DNA of 64,000 nt from Gemmatimonadota bacterium (GTDB lineage: Bacteria > JAAXHH01), in contig VXRC01000005.1 in assembly GCA_009838645.1 (NCBI GenBank), forward strand, positions 26,858 through 90,857. The letters are read 5' to 3'. The notes below the pieces were generated by a model. That model ran no database searches. It worked only from the letters and a program-made list of their open reading frames with translations, and had not been told where the DNA came from. Position 1 is the first letter of the stretch, and each line of letters opens with the position of its first letter. Made by a program: the position numbers and the translations under genes. Below, one piece after another: positions 37,120 to 46,128 of this stretch.

Positions 37120-38760
37120 GTGCCTTACCTGAAGTTGTTGCACGCAAAAGCCCCGCAAGTCCATGTCCTGTCAAGGGATGTCACTACCCTGGGCCGTTCC
37201 GGCGAGGCCGACATCGCCATAGGCGGCGACCGGGGCGTTTCGAAGCTTCATGCGCGTATCGAAACGGAGGCGTCGGGCTACGTGATCGCGGACCTGGGCA
37301 GCCGGAACGGGACTTACGTCAACGATCATCCAATCGGCGACGAGCCCGCCCCGCTGCTGCCGGGTGACCGCATCCGGCTCGGACGATCGGTTTTCGTCTT
37401 CGAGGGGGGAGAACCCGGAGAGCGCGCCGATGATCTGCAGGCGCCGGCCTCCCTCTTCCGGGCGGACCAGTTGCCGTACACGATGGCGGGCGGGACACCC
37501 GCCGTGAAGCCTGAGGATACCGACGGACGGCTGCTGAAACTCACGGAACTGAGCAAGGAAGTCATGACGGCCCGCAGCGAGGCCGAGCTGGGAGACCTCG
37601 TGACGGGGAGCCTGCTGGAATGGCTGGAGGCGGACTGCTGCGCGATCGTCCATCCCGTCGAGACCGGGGATGGCTACGATTTCGAAATCCGGACGCTGGC
37701 CTCCCGGCCCGGTTACGAAGACCGCTCGATTTCGATCAGCACGACGGCGGTGAAACAGGCCCTGGAAAACCGGATGGCCTCTATCACTTCGAACGCCCCG
37801 GGGGACGAGCGGTTCAGGGACCGGCAGAGCGTGATCGTCCGCCGGCTGGTGTCCATACTGTGCGTGCCCCTGTGGCATGAAGACCGGGTGTTCGGCCTGC
37901 TTTACCTGGATTCCGCGGATCCGGCCGTGGAGTTCACCGTGGACCATCTCGGCCTGTCCAGCGCGGTGGCCAACCTGACCGCCATCAAGACCGACAACCT
38001 GCGCCTCTTCGACGCCGCCGTGGCCAAAAGCGCACTGGACAAGGAACTGGCCCTGGCGGGCGAGATCCAGGCCGGGCTGCTGCCGGGAGAAAGCTATGCC
38101 TTCAACACGCTGGCCTGCGCGGGCGCCCATGTGTCCTGCGAGGAGATCGGCGGGGACTATTACGACTTCATTCCTTATGGCGAGGATGTCCTGACGGTGA
38201 CGATCGCCGACGTCACCGGACACGGCCCGTCCAGCGCGTTGCTCATGGTCGCCTGCAAGACCATGCTGACCACCCTCATCGACATCGGCGTGCCACTGGT
38301 GGAACGCGTCGGCAGGCTGAACGATTACATACTCCATCATTCCTCGGTGAGCCAGTTCATCACCTTCTTTCACGCCGATATCGATACCGGGGCGAACACC
38401 CTGCGGTACTGCAACGCCGGGCACAATCCGCCCATGCTTCTTTCGCAGGATGGACCGGTCCAGAAGCTGCATGCAGCCGCGCCGCCGCTGGGGATCGCCG
38501 ACGTTTCCTTTGAGGTGGAATCGGTACGGTTCGAATCCGGGACCAGGCTGGTCATGTATACCGACGGCGTCACCGAGGCGGCCAACGCCGAAGGCGATCT
38601 CTATGAAGAACAACGGCTCGAGTCCCTGCTGACGAAGCACAGGGGCCAGGATGCGGGCGCATTGAAGGACACCGTCATGGCGGCGGTGTTCGGGTTTTCA
38701 TCGGAATCCCGGCAATGTGACGACGTCACCCTGGCCGTGGTGGAGCATACCGGCGCGTAA
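37120..38760 (+). CDS. FHA-GAF-PP2C (SpoIIE/RsbU-like) serine/threonine phosphatase
   Basis: An N-terminal FHA domain (GRS...HARI...DLGSRNGTYVN), a central GAF domain and a C-terminal PP2C domain (ADVTGHG...YTDG) over 546 aa. Confidence 0.8.
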   Translation: MPYLKLLHAKAPQVHVLSRDVTTLGRSGEADIAIGGDRGVSKLHARIETEASGYVIADLGSRNGTYVNDHPIGDEPAPLLPGDRIRLGRSVFVFEGGEPGERADDLQAPASLFRADQLPYTMAGGTPAVKPEDTDGRLLKLTELSKEVMTARSEAELGDLVTGSLLEWLEADCCAIVHPVETGDGYDFEIRTLASRPGYEDRSISISTTAVKQALENRMASITSNAPGDERFRDRQSVIVRRLVSILCVPLWHEDRVFGLLYLDSADPAVEFTVDHLGLSSAVANLTAIKTDNLRLFDAAVAKSALDKELALAGEIQAGLLPGESYAFNTLACAGAHVSCEEIGGDYYDFIPYGEDVLTVTIADVTGHGPSSALLMVACKTMLTTLIDIGVPLVERVGRLNDYILHHSSVSQFITFFHADIDTGANTLRYCNAGHNPPMLLSQDGPVQKLHAAAPPLGIADVSFEVESVRFESGTRLVMYTDGVTEAANAEGDLYEEQRLESLLTKHRGQDAGALKDTVMAAVFGFSSESRQCDDVTLAVVEHTGA

Positions 38761-38784
38761 TACCCGCGCGTCGCCGTGGATCCG

Positions 38785-39837
38785 TCAGATCCAGCCGTGA
38801 TCGATGTTCACCGGCGTGCCGGACTGCTGGTGGGTCCACTGTCCCCCACTGGCCAGCGGCACCTCCCTGCCCGAAATGGAAGAATGCTCCGCGGCGAACA
38901 GGATCTCCATGACGTGGCGGCCCCATTCTCCGGGCGTGGGCGGTTCGATATCCTTGCGGATCGCCTCGACGAACCCCTTCCACTCGTTGTACATGGGATG
39001 AGGCGGGTCGTCGAAGGGCACGTCCTCCCACCGGTTGTCCTTGCCCACCCTGACGTACTTCTCGCCGGACTCGCTGAAGCGCAGCGATCCGTTGGCGCAG
39101 ATCACCTGGCACTCGTGATTGGGGCCGCCGTCGGCGTACCCGACGGCCACCGCCACGCCCGACGTGCCGTTCTTGTAGCGGATGAATGCCGTGGCGGAAT
39201 CGTCCGCGGCCTGGTAGTGGGCCCGGTTGCCGATGGTGGCGGAGACCGAGACCGCCTGCGAGGCCATGACCCAGGAAAGCCGGTCCACCACGTGGACCCC
39301 GTTGGTCATCCACATGCCGCCGCCGTGGAACCGGCTGCGGTACTGGGGTCTGCGGCTGCCGTACCCCCAGTTCTTGGACATGTAGCACACCCCCGTAATG
39401 GCCGGTCCCAGGGCGCCAGAATCCAGGATTTCCTTGGCCTTGATGCTGGTGCCGTAGAAGTGCTGCGTCAGGCCCACCATGAGCTTGACGCCGTTGGCCG
39501 CCGCGGCGGCGATCATGTCGTCGCACTGTTCCAGGCTGATCGCCATGGGCTTTTCCACCAGGACGTGCTTGCCGGCGTTGCAGGCGTCCACGGTCAGCCG
39601 GTGATGCAGCTGGTGGCCTAGGACGATGGCCACCGCTTCGACCTCGTCGTCCTCAAGCAGTTCCGTATGGGTGGCGTAACCCCTGGGGATGTCGTACATG
39701 TCCATGTATTCACGGCGCTTTTCCTCGAGCAGGTCGGCGACCGCCACGATTTCCACGCCGTCCTGGTTCGCAATGGCTTCGCAGTGGGGACGGGCGATGC
39801 CGCCCAGTCCGATGATGCCGACGCGCAGGTTAGACAC
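38785..39837 (-). CDS. Gfo/Idh/MocA family oxidoreductase
   Basis: The translation carries LRVGIIGLGGIARPH and EKPMA motifs over 350 aa. Confidence 0.8.
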   Translation of the reverse strand: MSNLRVGIIGLGGIARPHCEAIANQDGVEIVAVADLLEEKRREYMDMYDIPRGYATHTELLEDDEVEAVAIVLGHQLHHRLTVDACNAGKHVLVEKPMAISLEQCDDMIAAAAANGVKLMVGLTQHFYGTSIKAKEILDSGALGPAITGVCYMSKNWGYGSRRPQYRSRFHGGGMWMTNGVHVVDRLSWVMASQAVSVSATIGNRAHYQAADDSATAFIRYKNGTSGVAVAVGYADGGPNHECQVICANGSLRFSESGEKYVRVGKDNRWEDVPFDDPPHPMYNEWKGFVEAIRKDIEPPTPGEWGRHVMEILFAAEHSSISGREVPLASGGQWTHQQSGTPVNIDHGWI

Positions 39838-39885
39838 GGGTGAGACTCCTTTAGTCGGTTCTGTCTTAATGACTGGCCGTCTGGA

Positions 39886-40092
39886 TCACAATTCATTTTC
39901 CGATATCTGTGCGATCCTCATCAAGTGTGCCTGCAATCCACGTTTGAGCGTTACATTCCCATGGACCGGAACCGAAATGCGCGCGACTTCTCCATCTTTG
40001 GCATAAATATGATGACTGCCACTTATTCGTTTGAGATGCCATCCATGAGATTCAAGCAACCGGCAAAGGCGCTTCCCGGTAATCGCTTTCAC
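39886..40092 (-). CDS. hicA: Type II toxin HicA (mRNA interferase)
   Basis: A 68-aa protein with LESHGW...ISGSHHIY motifs and a GTG start. Confidence 0.85.
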   Translation of the reverse strand: MKAITGKRLCRLLESHGWHLKRISGSHHIYAKDGEVARISVPVHGNVTLKRGLQAHLMRIAQISENEL

Positions 40093-40292
40093 ACGGCCAC
40101 TTCTATGATGCGATCGGTCTCAGAGATTTCGAAGTCACCGACTTCGACGGACAGGCATCCGTCAATCGCCTCAAGGATGTTGCTGCGCAACTCATCCAGC
40201 GAATCACCTTGCGACACGCATCCTGGGATTGCGGGGACTTCGGCCCAATATCCACCTTCTTCGGCTCTATGTACGATGACTTTGAGTTTCAT
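40089..40292 (-). CDS. hicB: Type II antitoxin HicB (UPF0150 family)
   Basis: The translation from MKLKVIVHRAEEGGYWAEVPAIPGCVSQGDSLDEL is about 68 aa. It overlaps hicA by 4 nt. It was trimmed from the 40427 ORF. Confidence 0.7.
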   Translation of the reverse strand: MKLKVIVHRAEEGGYWAEVPAIPGCVSQGDSLDELRSNILEAIDGCLSVEVGDFEISETDRIIEVAV

Positions 40293-40505
40293 TGTTCTCC
40301 TCGGGTTCCGTTTGCGGTAATCAAATTGGTGGTCCAAGTCCTCGAAATCGATCACCATGAGGACCTCCACCAGGAACGTCAGACGCCGGTTTACTGATAT
40401 CAGGCACGGCGTGGCGGTCTTACTCAACTCACCCTGCGTTACGTGTCTTCAGACTGCAGTGGTCAAACGATACGATCATAGTATTACGGTAACTCGTAGC
40501 CTGCT

Positions 40506-40516
40506 GGTTGACAACC
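40506..40516. promoter_or_regulatory. Palindromic motif GGTTGACAACC, copy 1 of 2 (the second is at 40618-40628), in the low-GC divergent region between hicB and the cyclase gene
   Basis: Two identical 11-bp palindromes lie 112 bp apart. Both embed TTGACA. Confidence 0.35.
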
Positions 40517-40617
40517 GTTATTCGCTGTCGACTGTTCCATTGACCACAGGACCGTACTGTATGTCAAGGAGCATCTTTGACATTACTCCCGTCGTACTCT
40601 TCAGGAGGATTTTGACA

Positions 40618-40628
40618 GGTTGACAACC
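40618..40628. promoter_or_regulatory. Palindromic motif GGTTGACAACC, copy 2 of 2
   Basis: Identical to the copy at 40506-40516. Confidence 0.35.
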
Positions 40629-40748
40629 GGGAAAGAAAACACCAAACTTCTATCACTACAAGCAAACAGCCTGACATTAAATGGTTCTCGTTATCCGGTC
40701 GCATTTAACCCCGTGACCTCAAGTTTTGCAGATTCCCGGGAGCACCCC

Positions 40749-42548
40749 ATGTACCATCAACGGAAACACGGACGCATTCGCAGGCTGTCCCTTAGCCTGA
40801 TCCTTGCGACCACGACCCTCTGCCTGCTTGCTACCTCGAACTCCTCCGCCCAGTACACGCCGGTGGGCCCCGGCGACGTAGTCGATCTATCGCCGGTCAT
40901 ATCCGGCCGCCATTACCAGTACTGGCCGGGTGGGCAGATCCATCACCAGCCCCTCGTCGTGCCCTATATCGTCCACGGAGACCGGCCCTGGGCATCGGAC
41001 CTGATCATCCTGGACGAGAACACGGCGACGCAGACGGACACGCCAGCCCACATGATGCCGCCCCAGCACAGCGGGCTGCCGAACGCCCACTACTGGGGTG
41101 ATCTTACGGTGGAAAAAGTCCCGGCCTGGCAACTCGTGGGCGAGGTTTACAAAATCGACGGCCGGTCCATGCTGGACCAGGCCCCGCCGGGCGTGAGTCC
41201 CCTGTTCACCATAGATGTGGTAAAGGCCGCCGAGGCGGCGCACAGGCCCATGGGACCGGGCGACGCCGTCCTGTACTGGAGCGGGTACGACGACCGCCAC
41301 GACCGGCCCGCGCCGGACGACCGCCGCCTGATCGTGGAACCCGTCGGTGGGACGGCGCCTGGATGGCCCGCGCCGGACTACGACGCGGCGGAATACGTGG
41401 GCAGCCGGGGGGTCTGGCTCATGGGCATCGACAGTCCGAGCATGGGTGGACTGGGTCCGCCCCGCTACATCGCGTCGGGTCCCGAGGGCATGTACGTAAA
41501 TCCCCTCGCCCTGGAAAGCCATCTCGGCCATTTCAAGTACGGTGCCGTGCACACGGAGGGACTGATCAACCTGGACAGGACGCCCAACGGATCCCTGTAC
41601 ATCGCCCTGCCGGTCAAGCACGAGAACTCACCCACGGTGGAAACGCGGGCGGTGGCCATAACCAATCCGGACCTGGCTGCACGTCTGCTTGAGGCCGTTA
41701 AGTCGAAACGGGTGGTCGACCTCTCCGTAACGCTGTCAATGGACCGCCCCGTCTGGTGGCCGGGCCGCGGCGTGGGCCGTCACGTCTTCCCCTATTCGAG
41801 GGTGCAGCCGGTGAACTATTTCGATGGTCCCTTCGGCCCCTACTGGGTCAACACCCATATCATGGACGCCCATACCGGGACCCACGTGGATCCGCCCGCG
41901 CACTACGGCCCTCCGCCCGGATTCGACACGGGCAGCTATGACGAAACGGTCCGCGTCGCGCTAAGGGAGTTCGAGGCCGAGCACGGTCCGCTGAAGCACA
42001 CGGAAATGACGACGGAAAAAGTCCCGTTGCACCACTTCATGGGCCCCGCCCGAGTCGTCAACGTGCAGCACCGTGTGGGGACGACCTCGAGGGATGACTG
42101 GCCGGCCTCACCGGCCATCACGCTGGACGATGTCAGGAGACACGAGGAACTGTACGGGGAGATCGAGGGCGGTGAGGTCGTGCTCTTCCATACGGGACAT
42201 ACGGACACCCATTTCCGCCGCTTCATCCGGGTTGTGGTGGAACAGACTGTCAAGGCGCCTCTGGATGGACAGTCCGAGGGATGGCCGGCGCCGGGTGCGG
42301 AAGTTATCGCCTACCTGGCCGGCAAAGGCGTGAAGCACGTGGGCATCGATACGCCCGACATGGGATCGGTGGACCCGGTGGAATCCATGAAGACGCACTG
42401 GACGGCGGTGAACCACGACATGATCTTCACGGAGTATCTGATTGGCGTGGGCCAGCTTCCGCCGAAGGGCGCCTTCTACGTCTTCCTGTGTCCCCGCCTC
42501 GAGAACAACCACGGAGGTCCGGGAAGGGCCATCGCCATACTCCCGTAA
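40749..42548 (+). CDS. Secreted tandem cyclase-family protein (two kynurenine formamidase/putative cyclase-like domains)
   Basis: A signal peptide MYHQRKHGRIRRLSLSLILATTTLCLLATSNSSAQ is present. Two repeats carry the cyclase metal motif (QTDTPAHM and HTGTHVDPPAHY). The start was trimmed from the TTG at 40620. Confidence 0.65.
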   Translation: MYHQRKHGRIRRLSLSLILATTTLCLLATSNSSAQYTPVGPGDVVDLSPVISGRHYQYWPGGQIHHQPLVVPYIVHGDRPWASDLIILDENTATQTDTPAHMMPPQHSGLPNAHYWGDLTVEKVPAWQLVGEVYKIDGRSMLDQAPPGVSPLFTIDVVKAAEAAHRPMGPGDAVLYWSGYDDRHDRPAPDDRRLIVEPVGGTAPGWPAPDYDAAEYVGSRGVWLMGIDSPSMGGLGPPRYIASGPEGMYVNPLALESHLGHFKYGAVHTEGLINLDRTPNGSLYIALPVKHENSPTVETRAVAITNPDLAARLLEAVKSKRVVDLSVTLSMDRPVWWPGRGVGRHVFPYSRVQPVNYFDGPFGPYWVNTHIMDAHTGTHVDPPAHYGPPPGFDTGSYDETVRVALREFEAEHGPLKHTEMTTEKVPLHHFMGPARVVNVQHRVGTTSRDDWPASPAITLDDVRRHEELYGEIEGGEVVLFHTGHTDTHFRRFIRVVVEQTVKAPLDGQSEGWPAPGAEVIAYLAGKGVKHVGIDTPDMGSVDPVESMKTHWTAVNHDMIFTEYLIGVGQLPPKGAFYVFLCPRLENNHGGPGRAIAILP

Positions 42549-42584
42549 GGCGGCGTAACGATCGCCACCCGCCCGGGCGGCCGT

Positions 42585-43163
42585 TTACGAGTCGTCCGCG
42601 TCCCGTCCCACCCCAAGGGCGTCCGCGACGCGGTTGATGTAGTTGAACCACGACGCGATCAGGGTGATCTGGAGGATGGCGACGTCGTCGAACCCCACGG
42701 CCCGCAGTCCTTCGAGATCGCCTTTGCGTATCTGCGTGGCATCCTCGGTAAGCCGGATGGCGAAATCGAGCATCGCCCGGTCCTGCGCGTTCAGCGGCGC
42801 CTTGTCGTAGTCGTACTTGATCGCTTCGACCAGTTCGCTGTCCAACGTGACCCGACGCAGAAACTCTGCGTGCGAATCAATTCAGTATACACACCGGTTT
42901 CTCGACGAGACGATGGTCGAGATCATCTCGTGCTGCCTGCGGCTCAACGGCAGATCCGGCGACAGCAACACCCCGAAGGTGGCGAAGGCGTGATGCAGCG
43001 CCTCCGGGATCAATGAATGGGACGCCACGATGCCGGACGTGCCGTCGTCGGTGGGATGCACCGGCGTGTCGTACTCCGCGGGATAAAGCGCGCGCTGTGC
43101 CTCGAGGGCGGCGAGCAGCCGTTCGTCCCCATCCGACGCGGAGACGGTCTTAATCCATGCCAT
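42585..43163 (-). CDS. Carboxymuconolactone decarboxylase (AhpD-like / peroxidase-related) family protein with an in-frame UGA, a selenocysteine candidate
   Basis: Two ORFs in the same frame (43232-42882 and 42845-42585) are separated only by a TGA at about 42882-42884. The motif reads SxxNRCVY[UGA]IDSH, matching the CMD-family NxCxYCxxxH motif with UGA at the second Cys. A hairpin ACGCAG-AGUUU-CUGCGU begins 10 nt downstream of the UGA. Confidence 0.55.
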
Positions 43164-44505
43164 GGGCTTCTCCTGACGGTCTTTGCTGTGTGGACTGTTT
43201 TCTGAATACGAGAAAGTACACCGGTATCCCAAGGACCGTCACGCCGACGCCGAGCAGGGCCTGCACGGGACTGTTGCCGAAGAGCAGCACGAGCAGGACC
43301 GCGGCGAGGATCAGGAACAGCACCGGGGTGACGGGATAGAAGGGGGTCCGGTAGGGAGGCGTCTCGGACGACCTGCGGCGTACCACGAACAGGCCCGCCA
43401 CGGTGAGCGCGATGAACAGTACGGCCACGAAGATGAAGTAATCCAGGATCTGGCTGAAGGTCCCCAGCCACACCAGCAGCGAGGCCAGTCCGCCCTGGAT
43501 GGCGATCGCACGGTAGGGCGTGCCGAAGGCGGGATGGACCGCGCCGGCGAAGCGGAGGAAGACCCCGTCCCTGGCCATGGCGAAATACACCCTCGGCGCC
43601 ATGAGCAGCAGTCCGGTCAGGCTGCCGACGATGGACAAGATGACCACGGAGGAAAACAGGATGCCGCCGCTGCGTCCGAAGAGCACCTCGCCGGCCTGCG
43701 CCGCGAAGGTCTCGTCGCTGGTGACCTGGGATACGGGTACGAGGTACATGAAGACGGCGCTGGTGGTGATGTAGGTCAACGCGACGATGCCTACGGCCAG
43801 CAGCAGCGCCCGGGGCAGGATGCGCGCTGGGTCCTTGATTTCACCGGCCACCTTGTTCAGGTCCCACCAGCCGGCGAAGGCGAAGAAGGCGCCCACGATG
43901 CCGCCGGCGAGGGCGCCGAACAACGGGCCGGAATCCGCGGGCCGCGCCACGAAGGGCGTGAAGTTCGACCAGTCGCCGAGCCCCAGGCCGAACCCCAGGA
44001 GGGAGATGACCGCGAGCACCCCGACCTTGAACACGGTCAGCAGGACGATGATCCAGGCGCCGATGCGCACGCCGTAGATGTTGACGGCGGTGAGGACGGC
44101 CAGCACGACGATGGCCAGCAACTTCATCGCGACCGGGTCCATCGCGTAGATATGGCCCGCGTAGCTTGCCATACCGGTCGCCAGGGTCGCCGTGATGCCC
44201 GGATCCAGCACCATCAGGGACATCCATCCGTACAGAAAGGCCGTCGGCGTGCCGTAGGCCTCCCGGAGATATACGTATCCGCCGCCCGCGTGGGGATAAC
44301 GGGAAGCCAGTTCCCCGAAACACAGCGAACCGCAGAGGGCCATCCCGGCCATCGTCAGCCAGATGACGAGCAGCAGCAGGGGCGATCCCAGCGACTTGGC
44401 CATCCCGGCGGGCACCAGGAAGATCCCCACGGCGATCATCCCGCTGATCACCATGGCCGTGGTCGGCCAGATACCCAGTTGTCGGCGCAGGTTACCCGTG
44501 GTCAT
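43150..44505 (-). CDS. APC family amino acid/polyamine permease
   Basis: About 12 TM helices over 451 aa with APC-superfamily GxG and aromatic belt features. Confidence 0.85.
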   Translation of the reverse strand: MTTGNLRRQLGIWPTTAMVISGMIAVGIFLVPAGMAKSLGSPLLLLVIWLTMAGMALCGSLCFGELASRYPHAGGGYVYLREAYGTPTAFLYGWMSLMVLDPGITATLATGMASYAGHIYAMDPVAMKLLAIVVLAVLTAVNIYGVRIGAWIIVLLTVFKVGVLAVISLLGFGLGLGDWSNFTPFVARPADSGPLFGALAGGIVGAFFAFAGWWDLNKVAGEIKDPARILPRALLLAVGIVALTYITTSAVFMYLVPVSQVTSDETFAAQAGEVLFGRSGGILFSSVVILSIVGSLTGLLLMAPRVYFAMARDGVFLRFAGAVHPAFGTPYRAIAIQGGLASLLVWLGTFSQILDYFIFVAVLFIALTVAGLFVVRRRSSETPPYRTPFYPVTPVLFLILAAVLLVLLFGNSPVQALLGVGVTVLGIPVYFLVFRKQSTQQRPSGEAHGMD

Positions 44506-44520
44506 GAACGCGTTTTCGTC

Positions 44521-45324
44521 TCACACCAGTTCGGGTTCGTTTTCGATCCGGCTCAGCCAGTAGTGGTTGTCGAACTGGTCGTCACCGGTCAGGAACCGCC
44601 AGAAGTGGATCCGGTTGACATGTTCGATGCGTTCTTCGTTCCCGTGCCACGGCTGGTTCGTGCTCAGGATATGGCTGACTTCCGGATCGTCGATGTCATC
44701 CGTGTTCCAGAGCCTTAGCTGCCGGACCGTGGGGTTGAGTCGCAGCTTGAACATGTACCGCATCTCGTCGGTGCGATTCGGCTGGGCGCAGTGCCACATG
44801 CCGTGATGGAGCACGATCACCGTCCCGGCCTTGCAGATCATCGGCACCTGGCCCACGAAGTTGTGGTACCGGGCGATGTCGGATTCGCTGATGCGTCGGT
44901 AGTGGCTTCCGGGAAGGATCAGCGTTCCTCCCATTTCCCTGGGCGTGTCGTGGGCGAAATACATGAACTGGATGTCGAAGTGCAGCCGCGTGTCTATGAT
45001 CGCGTCCGCGTGCCAGTGCTGTCCGAAATGGTGGCCTGCCGCTACGGTGTGCACGGCGTGGTGGTCGTATAGCGGATCCGGTCCCACGAGGCTGTGGATG
45101 ATGCCTTCGATCTCCGGCAGCCGGAAAACGCGTCCCACGGCCGCTTCCGGCCAGATGACGCTCAGCGGCAATCCCGCCTCTTCCCGGGGGATGGCCTGGT
45201 TGTCCATTTCGGCTTTCACGGACTGGTTGAGATCTTCGGGCACCAGTTCGTCGAAACGGAGATACCCCTCCGCGACGAACCGCGCCATTTGCTTGGAATT
45301 CAACAGATGGGTGCTGTCAGCCAT
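44521..45324 (-). CDS. Phytanoyl-CoA dioxygenase (PhyH) family Fe(II)/2OG oxygenase
   Basis: A 267-aa protein with the HWHAD HxD motif and a distal His (HHGMWH). Confidence 0.75.
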   Translation of the reverse strand: MADSTHLLNSKQMARFVAEGYLRFDELVPEDLNQSVKAEMDNQAIPREEAGLPLSVIWPEAAVGRVFRLPEIEGIIHSLVGPDPLYDHHAVHTVAAGHHFGQHWHADAIIDTRLHFDIQFMYFAHDTPREMGGTLILPGSHYRRISESDIARYHNFVGQVPMICKAGTVIVLHHGMWHCAQPNRTDEMRYMFKLRLNPTVRQLRLWNTDDIDDPEVSHILSTNQPWHGNEERIEHVNRIHFWRFLTGDDQFDNHYWLSRIENEPELV

Positions 45325-45622
45325 CGACCACCTCCATTTTTTCGAGTATGTACTCGTACTTGAGATAGGACACCTGGTATTCCGTACCCGGATAGGCCGG
45401 ATATTGCTGGGGAAACTGGACGACCCGCCAACCGTCCCGCATGGCGTCCACTACCGACGCGTAGGGGGGATTCGTAGCGCCGCCCGAGTCCGCGGCGTCC
45501 CCCGATGTGTGGCGTTCGTCGGCGGCCGAGGTGCCGTCGAATTCGGACCAGGCCACGACGCCGGCGTGAAGGTCGGGGGTCCGCAGGTAAAGCACCAGCA
45601 GTTTCTGGCGTGTTTCAGGCAT
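45317..45622 (-). CDS. Hypothetical small protein (101 aa)
   Basis: The translation begins MPETRQKLLVLYLRT and ends YQVSYLKYEYILEK. Both of its gene boundaries overlap the neighbours. I recognise no family. Confidence 0.4.
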   Translation of the reverse strand: MPETRQKLLVLYLRTPDLHAGVVAWSEFDGTSAADERHTSGDAADSGGATNPPYASVVDAMRDGWRVVQFPQQYPAYPGTEYQVSYLKYEYILEKMEVVDG

Positions 45623-46128
45623 TACGTTCCCTTTCCGGTGATGCGCGCTATCGTGTCGGTGGTCGACATGCCGTCCAGGACGGGCACTCTCTCCACGCGG
45701 CCGCCGTAGGATTCCACCACGTCCCAGCCCACCACTTCCTCGTGGCCGTAGTGACCTCCTTTGACCAGGACGTCCGGCTTGAGCAGGTTGAGCAGCGGGA
45801 TGGGCGTTGGCTCGCCGAAAAGGACCACATGGTCCACGCAGGCCAGGGCGCCGAGCATGTAGGCCCGTTCCGTTTCGCCGTAGATCGGCCGGCCCTCGTC
45901 CTTGATCGCCCGGACGGACGCGTCGGTGTTTATGGCCACGATGAGCAGGTCGCCGAATGATCGCGCGGTCTGCAGGAGATGGACATGGCCCGGATGGAGC
46001 AGATCGAAGCAACCGTTCGTGAACACGACGGTGGCGCCATTCCGGCGCGCGCGCTCCACGACCGATGCAAGTTCATCGCGTTCGAGGAGTTTACCGCGGG
46101 TCTGCTGATCGGGCATAACCGGCCACAA
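45622..46128 (-). CDS. Cytidylyltransferase-like adenylyltransferase (RfaE domain II / HldE C-terminal-like)
   Basis: The translation carries FTNGCFDLLHPGH and nucleotidyltransferase HxGH-class motifs over about 165 aa. Confidence 0.7.
   Translation of the reverse strand: MWPVMPDQQTRGKLLERDELASVVERARRNGATVVFTNGCFDLLHPGHVHLLQTARSFGDLLIVAINTDASVRAIKDEGRPIYGETERAYMLGALACVDHVVLFGEPTPIPLLNLLKPDVLVKGGHYGHEEVVGWDVVESYGGRVERVPVLDGMSTTDTIARITGKGT

Noticed and set aside
40620-40748. Extending the cyclase gene to the TTG at 40620 as in the ORF track
   Set aside because: The ATG at 40749 starts a textbook signal peptide. The upstream extension runs through the palindromes and low-GC promoter region and has no RBS.
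42846-42884. Interpreting the CMD/AhpD gene as a pseudogene split by a premature stop
   Set aside because: Both halves are in the same frame. The stop is a single TGA at the conserved Cys position and a hairpin follows it. Selenocysteine recoding explains the data better, although it still needs confirmation.
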